In this document: piece after piece, positions 53,719 to 64,000 of the stretch | How the letters are laid out: the number at the start of each line of letters is the position of its first letter | How positions within the stretch are numbered: the stretch's first letter is position 1 | Assembly: GCF_006345805.1 (NCBI RefSeq) | Contig: NC_043023.1 | Location: forward strand, 10,478,001-10,542,000 | Direction of reading: 5' to 3' | From: Octopus sinensis | Lineage: Eukaryota | DNA: 64,000 nt | The notes under the pieces: model-generated | Database searches by the model: none | What the model was told of the DNA's origin: nothing | Seen by the model: only the letters and a program-made list of their open reading frames with translations | Position numbers and translations under genes: made by a program

Positions 53719-54116
53719 ATAGAATATTAAAATAACTAAGTCTCTCTAAAAGAGAACAGTGGCAGCGTTCCCGGAAAATAATAGTTATCGCCATACTAAT
53801 ATGGCATTCTTATAAAATAAGAAAAAGCTGTCCGCTTATTAGCTCCATGAGGCCATCGCCTTAAGTAGCTATTTGATACACAAACTGTATCCATATAACC
53901 TTCGAACAAGGGAGGTCAGTCGCTCCACACTACTTGACCGCAGCTACAGACGCGTTTCGGGGTATTGCCCCTTTTCAATGCAGTGTCGCCAGCCAGTAGG
54001 TGTCGCTTCCGACTATCTCTGTTCGATGGTTTTATTTACCTAGTTTCGGTGGATACATCCACTTGTTTTCAATAATAGAAATATTAAAATAACTAAGTCT
54101 CTCTAAAAGAGAACAG
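53719..54116 (-). mobile_element. Penelope-derived element with ~41-bp terminal direct repeats and a decayed hammerhead
   Basis: atagaatattaaaataactaagtctctctaaaagagaacag at 53719 and 54075; minus strand 53983-53944 reads ctgca-TTGAAAA-gggg caata cccc-GAAA-cgcg-TC^tgtag. Confidence 0.55.
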
Positions 54117-54130
54117 CGGCATATAAAGTC

Positions 54131-54445
54131 TAGCTTACGATCGTGAGGTTGTGAGCTCGAATCCCGGACCGGGCTGCGTGTTGTGTTCTTGAGCAAGACA
54201 CTTTTTTCCCTTTGCTCCAGTTCACTCAGCTGTAGAAATGAGTTGCGACGTCACTGGTGCCAAGCTGTATCGACCTTTGTCTTTCCCTTGGACAACACTG
54301 GTGACGTGGAGAGGGGAGGCTGGTATGCATGGGCGACTGCTGGCCTTCCATAAAACACCTCGCCCGGACTTGTGTCTAGGAGGGTAACTTTCTAGGTGCA
54401 ATCCCATGGTCATTCATGACCGAAGGGGGTCTTTACCCTTTTACT
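54131..54445 (+). mobile_element. tRNA-derived SINE (third family)
   Basis: B-box-like gagctcgaatccc, V/CORE-like cttgagcaagacactt, ctcagctgtagaaatgagt. Confidence 0.65.
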
Positions 54446-54621
54446 TTATATACATATCTATTTATATATATATATACATGTATATATATATACATATATA
54501 TATATATACATATATATTTATATATGCATATATATTTATATATACATATATATGTACATATATATTTATATATACATATATATATACACATATATATATA
54601 CACATATATATATATATATAT

Positions 54622-54667
<46 letters not shown>

Positions 54668-54685
54668 CATGTATATATATTATAT

Positions 54686-54719
<34 letters not shown>

Positions 54720-54720
54720 G

Positions 54721-54751
<31 letters not shown>

Positions 54752-55296
54752 GTAGATATATATATATATGTATATAATATATGTATATGTATATATATGT
54801 ATATATATATATATATATATATAATATGTATATATATATGTATATATATATATATATATGTATACCCATATATATATTCTATAGATTATATATATATGTA
54901 TATATATATATATACATATATATATACATATATGTATATATATATATATATATATAGATGTAGATATAGTATATATATGTATATATATATGTATATAATA
55001 GATATATTATATATACATATATGTATATATATAATATATATATATTATAGATATCATCTATGTATATATATAATATCATATATATATATATATTTATATA
55101 TATATAATATATACATATATGTATATATATAATATTATATATATGTATATATATAATTATATATATATATATTAATTAATAAGGGTGAGAGAATTAGATA
55201 CTAATTTATAGTATATCCATTCAACACCAAGTGGCCTATGTCTCCGAGAAACCTGGATTATTATAATATTTATAATATATTATAATATTTTTACAA

Positions 55297-55495
55297 AATA
55301 AATATAAGAGAGTGGTCACTATATGGCTCACTCTAGCACCAGTTATCCAAAGGTTTCAACCACTAAAAATACATATTTTTAGTGGTTGAAACATGTATTT
55401 TTAGTGGTTGAAACATGTATTTTTAGTGGTTGAAACCTTTTGGATTAACTGGTGCTAGAGTGAGCCATATAGTTACCACTCTCTTATATTATTTT
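55297..55495. repeat. Palindrome with ~80-bp arms and a central 21-bp tandem repeat
   Basis: aagagagtggtcactatatggctcactctagcaccag...tttcaaccactaaaaataca versus its reverse complement; centre (tatttttagtggttgaaacatg)n. Confidence 0.85.
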
Positions 55496-55537
55496 ATATA
55501 TATATATATATATACATATATCTATATATATATATAC

Positions 55538-55578
<41 letters not shown>

Positions 55579-55592
55579 TATATATATATACA

Positions 55593-57723
55593 TAAGAGGT
55601 GCAGCAATGTCAAAAGAAGTCTAACTAGGAAAATAGTTTGTCTGTGGCAGATGCACAGGAGCAATAAACACTGGAAATGTGCAGATACCAACTTCTACCA
55701 CGTTCCAGGGAGACAAACTAAAGTAGTTGATAGCTTCCGCTACCTGGGAGACCAAGTCAGTAGCGGGGGTAGGGGTGCTGAAAGTGTAACCGCTAGAGTA
55801 AGAATAGCCTGGGCAAAGTTTAGAGAGCTCTTACCCCTACTGGTGACAAAAGGCTTCTCGCTCAGAGTAAAAGGCAGACTGTATGATGCATGTGTACGTA
55901 CAGGCATGCTACATGGTAGAAACATGGGCTGTGACTGCTGAGGATATGCGTAAGCTCGCAAGAAATGAAGCCAGTATGCTCCGATGGATGTGTAATGTCA
56001 GTGTTCATAATCGTCAGAGTGTAAGTGCCTTGAGAGAAAAGTTGAACCTAAGAAGCGTCATTGTGGTGTGCAAGAGAGACGGCTGCGCTGGTATGGTCAT
56101 GTGACGAGAATGGCTGAAGGTAGTTGTTTGCAAAATTGCTACACCCTAGCAGTTGAGGGAACCTGTGGAAGAGGTAGACCCAGGAAAACCTGGGACAAGG
56201 TGGTGAAGCACGACCTTCGAACTTTAGGTCTCACCAAGGAAATGACTAGAGACCGAGACCTATGGAAGTATGCTGTACGTGAGAAGACCCGGCAAGACTA
56301 GTGAGGCCATAACCCGTGGCCCCTACCTGGAACGTAGTCAGTCCACCTGTGCATACCTTCCTTCTTGTGACACTTGTGAAGACCTGCTGAGGCAAGTGAA
56401 AATCAAATCAAAATAGATGAACATCAATGGAATTTGTATCTTTGTGGTACCAGTGCCGGTGGCACACAAGAAAGCCATCCGAACGTGGCCGTAGCCTGTA
56501 CCGCATCGACTGGCATCCGTGCTGTGGGCACGTAACAAACACCATCCGATCGTGGCCGTTCGCCAGCCTCATCTGGCACCTGTGTCGGTGGCACATAAAA
56601 ACACCTTCCGAAGACCCGGCAAGACTAGTCAGGCCATAACCCGTGGCCCCTACCTGTGACGTAGTCAGTCCACCTGTGCATACCTTCCTTCTCGTGACAC
56701 TTGTGAAGACATGTTGAGGCAAGTGAAAATCAAATCAAATCAAATCAAATCAAAACAAATCAAAATAGATGAACATCAATGGAATTTGTATCTTTGTGGT
56801 ACCAGTGCCGGTGGCACACAAGAAAACCGTCCAAACGTGGCCGTAGCCAGTACCGCATCGACTGGCCTCCATGCTGTGGGCACGTAACAAACACCATCCG
56901 AAGACCCGGCAAGACTAGTCAGGCCATAACCCGTGGCCCCTACCTGGGACGTAGTCAGTCCACCTGTGCATACCTTCCTTCTTGTGACACTTGTGAAGAC
57001 CTGTTGAGGCAAGTGAAAATCAAAACAAATCAAAATAGATGAACATCAATGGAATTTGTATCTTTGTGGTACCAGTGCCGGTGGCACACAAGAAAACCGT
57101 CCGAATGTGGCCGTAGCCAGTACCGCATCGACTGGCCTCCATGCTGTGGGCACGTAACAAACAACATGCGACCGTGGCCGTTCGCCAGCCTCATCTGGCA
57201 CCTGTGTCGGTGGCACAGAAAAACACCATCCGAAGACCCGGCAAGACTAGTCAGGCCATAACCCGTGGCCCCTACCTGGGACGTAGTCAGTCCACCTGTG
57301 CATACCTTCCTTCTTGTGACACTTGTGAAGACCTGTTGAGGCAAGTGATCAAATCAAAACAAATCAAAATAGATGAACATCAATGGAATTTGTATTTTTG
57401 TGGTACCAGTGCCTGTGGCACACAACAAAACCATCCGAACGTGGCCGTAGCCAGTACCGCATCGACTGGCCTCCGTGCTGTGGGCACGTAACAAACACCA
57501 TCCGATCGTGGTTGTTCGCCAGCCTCATCTGGCACCTGTGTCGGTGGCACATAAAATCACCCACTACACTCTCGGAGTGGTTGGCGTTAGGAAGGGCATC
57601 CAGCTGTAGAAACACTGCCAGATCTGACTGGCCTGGTGCAGCCTTCGGGCTCCCCAAACCCCAGTTGAACTGTCCAACCCATGCTAGCATGGAAAGCGGA
57701 CGTTAAATGATGATGATGATGAT
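55593..57723 (+). mobile_element. 5'-truncated RTE-clade LINE with tandemly repeated 3' UTR
   Basis: Frameshifted ORF ...FRYLGD...RVRIAWAKFREL...ETW...EASMLRWMC...RRLRWYGHV.R...GRGRPRKTW (to 56301); 290-330-bp UTR units start at 56283, 56610, 56900 and 57232; (TGA)n tail. Confidence 0.9.
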
Positions 57724-57746
57724 ACAAAAATCTATATATATATATA

Positions 57747-57785
<39 letters not shown>

Positions 57786-57786
57786 T

Positions 57787-57829
<43 letters not shown>

Positions 57830-57837
57830 TTAATATA

Positions 57838-57899
<62 letters not shown>

Positions 57900-58012
57900 C
57901 ATATATAGATATATATATATACATATATAGATATATATATATACATATATAGATATATATATATACATATATAGATATATATATAGATATATATATATAT
58001 ATATATATATAT

Positions 58013-58126
<114 letters not shown>

Positions 58127-58945
58127 ATATACATATATATTGATATATATATATACATATATATATATATAAAGTTAATCCAAACAAGAAAACACAACGC
58201 GAGGACGTGGAATAAATATGGTATTATTTGACGGAAGCTATTATGTAACTTCTCATATATATTTGAAGGTGCATGGCTCAGTCGTGAGTTCAATTCCCGT
58301 CATCTTCATCACATTGAACAATGTTAAAGGTTAAAGGGTCAAAGCGAAATGCAGACACATTTTCTCTACAAAACTACTTTAAAACGTTTTCCAATGGCTG
58401 AAAAACGAAACGTATTAATCTGGTTTCTGCCCTAAATATTCTGGTAAAGTAAGGATGCATCTTGTACACCAGCAAATACTCAGTGAAGTGCAAGTAAATC
58501 AGTTGGCCAAAAGATTGACTCCTCGTTGTGAAACGACGGAGATCCACCACCGTTATAAGCCTATGAAGCCATCTAAAGATCGAATGCTTCTTTTTCCCGT
58601 AATTAGGCTCATGCCCTTGCTTATCTCCCTTTACTCACTAATTTTCCTTATCGTCTTTCAATGAATTAATACCAACACAAATTTCTCTCAGATCTAATCC
58701 CTTCCTCTAATCAATGCTGGAATTTTTTTTAGTAACAATCTTCCTCTGAATATTATATGGAGCTGTATTCTTTTCATTTTCGTTTTCTACGCACTTTTTA
58801 TAGGTACTACTAGTGAACAGTGGTCCCGGTGCGCTCACACGCACATGGGTCTTTTTAGCAAGCACAGCAAACGTTCGCATTTTCTAAAGGTGACATATTA
58901 CTAATTGGTCAGTCATTCGTGGAAGTTGCTTTTGATATAATTGTT

Positions 58946-59164
58946 TCTTAAGGCGGCGAGCTGGCAGAATCGTTAGCACGCCGGGGTAGTAAAGAAATAG
59001 GTATTTCGTCTGTCTTTACGTTCTGAGTTCAAATTCCACCGAGCTACACTTTGCCTTTCGTCCTTTCGGGGTCGATAAATTAAGTACCAGTTACGTACTG
59101 TGGTCGATCTAATTGACTGCCACTCTTACCCCAAATTTCTGGCCTTGTGCCTAGAGTAGAAAAG
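58946..59164 (+). mobile_element. Full-length tRNA-derived SINE with 12-bp TSD (paralogue of 38625)
   Basis: Same insertion site and GATATAATTGTT duplication. Confidence 0.85.
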
Positions 59165-62100
59165 GATATAATTGTTACCTCAGTTAACTGCCAGAGGCAA
59201 AGTTGTTATTAACAGACTTAATATTGGGGGTGTGGGGGAGATTAGTATCAACCTCTCTTTTCGATGGATTTTTATTTTGATTCCGAAGCAATGAAAAGTA
59301 AAATTGACATCGGCGGGATTTGAGCTCAGAACGTAAAAAACCACAAGAAATACTGCCTGGCGTAAATAGTTGCTGTTAATTTTGGTACAACGCTAAGATT
59401 TCGTTTCGGTATTTCAAGCAAACCATTACATGTTTTATATATTCCCCGTTTACACAAGTTTTGTCATGGTTCTTTTTAGGGTCAGATATTCTTTGATCTC
59501 GTCTAAAATTATCGACTTTTCTCGATGAATTTCTACTTTTGTATAAAAACTTTTGGGGGGAAAGACTCTACGGAGGATAAGGAGTGATATTAAATGGTGA
59601 GTAAAGTAATAATTTCGTTTTGTTTTTATATTAGACTGATGAAATGAGTTCCAGGCCTAAAAAACAAATAAGTTCTGGGGTCGATCCAGTCTCACTACAG
59701 ATTCTTCAAGGCGATGCCCCAGCATGATGGCAGTCTAATGACAGAAATAAGTAAAAGATAGTAATAATAAGAAGCAGAATTATAATTATATATATATACA
59801 CACACACAGTTGCAAAGTGCCCCTCCTCCCCGTCCAAGGACGGTGATGAGTTGTCAAACATTTAAACCAAATTTTCTCAAGGCAACTTCTCCGACCGCTC
59901 CATAGGCCTCCCCTTTGAGAAACACTGATTTAACCTAAATTAGGGACACCAGCAAAAGAAGAATTAAAGATAGACTTTTTTTCTATTCCAAAGAAAAACG
60001 ATTTTATTCACACAAATATGCAACCGAAGAGTTTAAAGTACCAGTAATTATAAGGCTGTTGACTGGGAGAACACAAACATGGTTTAAACAGTTCTTTTCA
60101 TTAAAAAATAATTAAGCATGCCTATACTTCAAGAAAGCTTTTGGTTTTGTTAAACAAAGTTAAGGCAAAATAAAAAACTTCTTGAGAAACGAAATAGTCT
60201 TTCCTTCCTTCATGCCAAGTTTGAAGAAAATATCTCTTTTGCATCTTATTTTTTTGGTCTCTTAGATATACTGCATTTTGTGGCATTATTTCAAGCCAGA
60301 CGGCACAAACTGCATGTGCATTTTTCTTGCGTACGTGTAGTATCGATCACAACAGATGATGTACTTGTGCATATAAATGCACGTTCCCATGGCTTTATCG
60401 ATCGTATTCTCACCTGGAATCGATTTTTGTAATTTTTTCAAGACTTATACACGTCCTGATACCTTCGGCATCTACATATCGAATTAGGCTGCAATCAGAT
60501 TGAGGATGCCCGAGATCCTAGAGGACACACAGACGGACAGAACAGATTTTATATTATAAATATATATACGTATATACATATGTGTATATATATATATATA
60601 TATATATTAGAAAAAAAACTACCTTTTATCAATTCAAAATGAACAATTAAATTACACCTTCTAGAAAATTAGATATAATAGAATTATTAAAATTAAAATA
60701 ACAATAAAATATCCATGATTAAGTAAATTGCAAAAAAATAATAAGAACATATATAATGGGTAGAATAACGACACGTCATTGATATTTTATTGTTATTTTA
60801 ATTCTAATAATTCTATTATATGTAATTTTCTAGATGGTGTAATTTAATTGTTCATTTTGAATTGATAAAAGGTGGGTTTTTTCTAATTTTTCATATATAT
60901 TTATATATATATATTATATTGTGAAATTTGATTTAGTATTTCTAAATTGAATTTTTTTCCTTGTGAGTTTGGATTTATATTCCCTCAAATAATTTTTATA
61001 TGTATGTATATATCATGGTGATCTGTATAAGGGGCATCTATACTGCTTCGCATAAAAAACACCCATACATGTACCATGTGAGAAGATCTCAACAGAGTCT
61101 CTTAAGTGGTTGGCGTTAAGAAGAGTGTCCAGTTGTAGAAAGCAATCTAAATCAGGCAGGAACTGGGTGCCGCACTCCTGTTTGCCAGCCCAGGTCAAAC
61201 CAACCAACCCAGGGAAGCATGGTAAATGGATATTAAATGTAGAAAGCTGTGCCAAAACTGACCTTGCCTGTGATCTTGCCACTTAAAATGTACTCAATAC
61301 ACTCTGTAGTATGGTTGGTGTTAGGAAGAGCATCCAGCTGTAAAAGCTGAGCCAAAACAGACACACAAGCCTGGGGCAGTCTTCTGACTGACCACCTCCT
61401 ACCAAACCATCCAACAGATACTGGTATTGAAGGTGGACATTAAATGAAGGGGATCAGGAAACGAGAATCCTGGCAGTTTGCTGTGTTTGAAAAGACATAT
61501 CAAGCTAAGTAAAAGCATGGTTGCCCTTGCATACAAGCTTGTCCCTTGCGACCCCCTCCAGCTGAGCATCCCTAATCCTGCAGGCTCATGGGTGCTGATA
61601 CCACGTAAAAAGCACCCAGTACATTGTGTGAAGGGTTTGTGTTAGAAAGGGCATTCAGCAATAGAAACTATTTTAAGATAGAGATGGGGCCTGATCAGCC
61701 CTTCAGCTGGTTAGCTCCTTTCAAACCATTCAACCCATGCCAGTGTCTAAAATGGAATTTAAATGATGATGAAGTAATAATTTTAAATTTGTATATAGAC
61801 ATTGAAGTATGCCATTTAAAGCCTGCTCACTGTATTTGGCTATCTGATGTCATCAACAATATGGATTTAAATGACAATGGATTTACTGTAGGAATTCCTT
61901 CATGTCCATAGAGTTTAAACAATGAAAGGAAAGGAAATAGAATTTACAAGTCTATGATACTCTGTGATCATTGCAACCCATCATGCATCATTGCCTTGCA
62001 GGTGTGTCTTGTCAGGTGTGCTTTGTCAGGTGACTTGTCAAAAGGTACCACATAATTTAATTTCTGTTTTCCTTTTTTGGATTAGAATTCTTTCGGGTAG

Positions 62101-62920
62101 TTCGAATGTGTCAAGCATTTTTCAGTTCCCATCTACCACATCCTCTCACAAGGCTTTGTTTGGCCACTCTGGGACTGAACCCAGGACCATGTGGTTGGCA
62201 AGCCAACATCTTACCACACAACCATCCCTGCACTTCTATAGCCATGTCTATATAAAAATGTAGTAAAACTCTCACTGTTTTAATCTCTCTAATTCCGAAT
62301 TATCTTGTATGTTTTACACTGTTGTTTCTCTTTCGTTTCAGATTATCAGATGACATCTGCTTCACAAGAGTTTTATATAAGCAACGTCATTAGAATGGAA
62401 AGTCTTTTGAAGACTGAGCAAAGATGTTATACAAAACACGTATAACCCTGTTTCTATAAATATTTACTGAATTACTGCAAAATATATCTTCTGAACTGAC
62501 ATATATCTTCTTTATTGTTTGGAGTACACAGAAAATTAAATTTGTATTTGAATTAATCCTTTAGCATTTGTACTGGCCGTATCAGTCCCAAACTTTCAAG
62601 CTATTTTATGTTAAAACTGCCCACATCTGGCCTCTTATACTCACCTGGCAATGTCATATAAACATAAAGAATCACATCGTTGAAATCTTAAAGCAATAAG
62701 ATAATGAATGATTAATTCAGAAGAATTTGAATAAATAATCATTACATTCAACAGAGTAATCTGCGTGTTAATGAGAAGTAATTAAGAAGGCAGTTTGCAG
62801 CATCTTCAGATATTAACAAAGATCACTATTGATGGAGATATATCAGTAGAAATATTTGTTCAGAGCAATATACGAGAAGAAGGAAAACCTTTGTGTACTG
62901 TGACGAGAGAAAGGAAAGTT

Positions 62921-64000
62921 ATGGAAAATGAATTATATCGGAGTGAAGTTGAATGTAAAAGAGAGTCTGAAGAAATTGATTTTTCTGATGAGGAAAAGAA
63001 TGAAAAGGGCAAAACAGCATTTGATTGTGATATCTGTGGCAAGTCGTTCTCTCGGAAAGCTAAGTTAGTCATTCACGAACGTACTCATACAGGAGAAAAA
63101 CCATATCAATGTGAAATCTGTGGTAAATCTTTCTCTCGAAACGAAAACTTAACTAGGCACAAGAATGGTGTTCACACTGGAGAAGCACAATATCACTGTG
63201 ATATCTGTGACAAATCGTTTTCTCAAAACGATCATTTAACTATGCACAGGCGTGTTCATACAGGAGAAAAACCATATCACTGTGAAATCTGTGGTAAATC
63301 TTTCTCTCGAAACGATACCTTAACCAAGCACAAGCGTGTTCATACAGGAGAAAAACCATGTCACTGTGATATTTGTGGTAAATCCTTCTTTGATAAAAGT
63401 TACTTAACTAGACACATATGTATTCACACAGGTGAAAAGCCATATCAGTGTGATATCTGTGGTAAATCTTTCTCTGAAACTAGTACCTTAACAATGCACA
63501 AGCGTACTGTTCACACAGGAGAGAAACCATATCACTGTGATATCTGTGGTATAAAATTCTCTCAAAACGATCACTTGACTATTCATAAATGCATTCACAC
63601 AGGAGAGAAACCATATCACTGTGAAGTCTGTGGTAAATCCTTTTCTCGAAACGATACCTTAACTATGCACAGGCGTGTTCATACTGGAGAAAAACCATAT
63701 CAATGTGAAATCTGTGGTAAATCTTTCTCTCGAAACGAAAACTTAACTAGGCACAAGAGTGGTGTTCACACAGGAGAAGGACCATATCACTGTGAAATCT
63801 GTGACAAATCTTTCTCTCGAAACGATCACTTAACTATGCACAGGCGTGTTCATACAGGAGAAAAGCCATATCACTGTGAAATCTGTGGTAAATCTTTCTC
63901 TCGAAACGATAACTTAACCAAGCACAAACGTGTTCATACAGGAGAAAAACCATATCACTGTGAAATCTGTGGTAAATCTTTCTCTCGAAACAAATGCTTA
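62921..64000 (+). CDS. C2H2 zinc-finger protein, locus J (11 complete fingers + partial; truncated by window end)
   Basis: Translated by hand: open from ATG 62921 to the end; helices RKAK, RNEN, QNDH, RNDT, DKSY, ETST, QNDH, RNDT, RNEN, RNDH, RNDN, RNKC. Missing from the ORF track, presumably because no stop is reached. Confidence 0.9.
   Translation, partial: MENELYRSEVECKRESEEIDFSDEEKNEKGKTAFDCDICGKSFSRKAKLVIHERTHTGEKPYQCEICGKSFSRNENLTRHKNGVHTGEAQYHCDICDKSFSQNDHLTMHRRVHTGEKPYHCEICGKSFSRNDTLTKHKRVHTGEKPCHCDICGKSFFDKSYLTRHICIHTGEKPYQCDICGKSFSETSTLTMHKRTVHTGEKPYHCDICGIKFSQNDHLTIHKCIHTGEKPYHCEVCGKSFSRNDTLTMHRRVHTGEKPYQCEICGKSFSRNENLTRHKSGVHTGEGPYHCEICDKSFSRNDHLTMHRRVHTGEKPYHCEICGKSFSRNDNLTKHKRVHTGEKPYHCEICGKSFSRNKCL

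Overview
AT-rich, (TA)n-rich eukaryotic DNA. The repeat families and the head-to-tail C2H2 gene array point to an octopus (coleoid cephalopod) genome; this is an inference. The window is a tandem cluster of ten same-strand C2H2 zinc-finger (ZF) loci, which I label A (27), B (3156, frameshifted), C (9404), D (13982), E1 (23972, finger-less stub), E2 (25798), F (31338), G (42635), H (50339) and J (62921, runs off the window). Each has a short acidic N-terminus with no recognisable KRAB/SCAN/ZAD/BTB domain, and 7-16 fingers in the intact complete ORFs. The duplicated unit typically comprises a promoter/exon-1 block, a small exon with a 30-codon ATG frame, the ZF exon, a shared 3' block and a ~400-bp non-autonomous Helitron. 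Paralogues are mosaics: finger cassettes are swapped, conversion tracts are present and there are fusion junctions. Five copies share a dead finger tail. Notable extras: (1) the CRE+ETS promoter and exon 1 sit inside an antisense tRNA-SINE next to an antisense 5S-derived sequence, with an empty-site copy in the window; (2) an inverted ZF fragment inserted in the intron of H could pair with its own ZF exon; (3) Penelope-type minimal hammerhead ribozyme motifs and long fold-backs lie in the inter-gene spacers. TE debris includes CR1, RTE, Penelope RT, piggyBac transposase and TTAA MITEs, SINEs and Helitrons. All calls were made by eye from the sequence; no searches were run.
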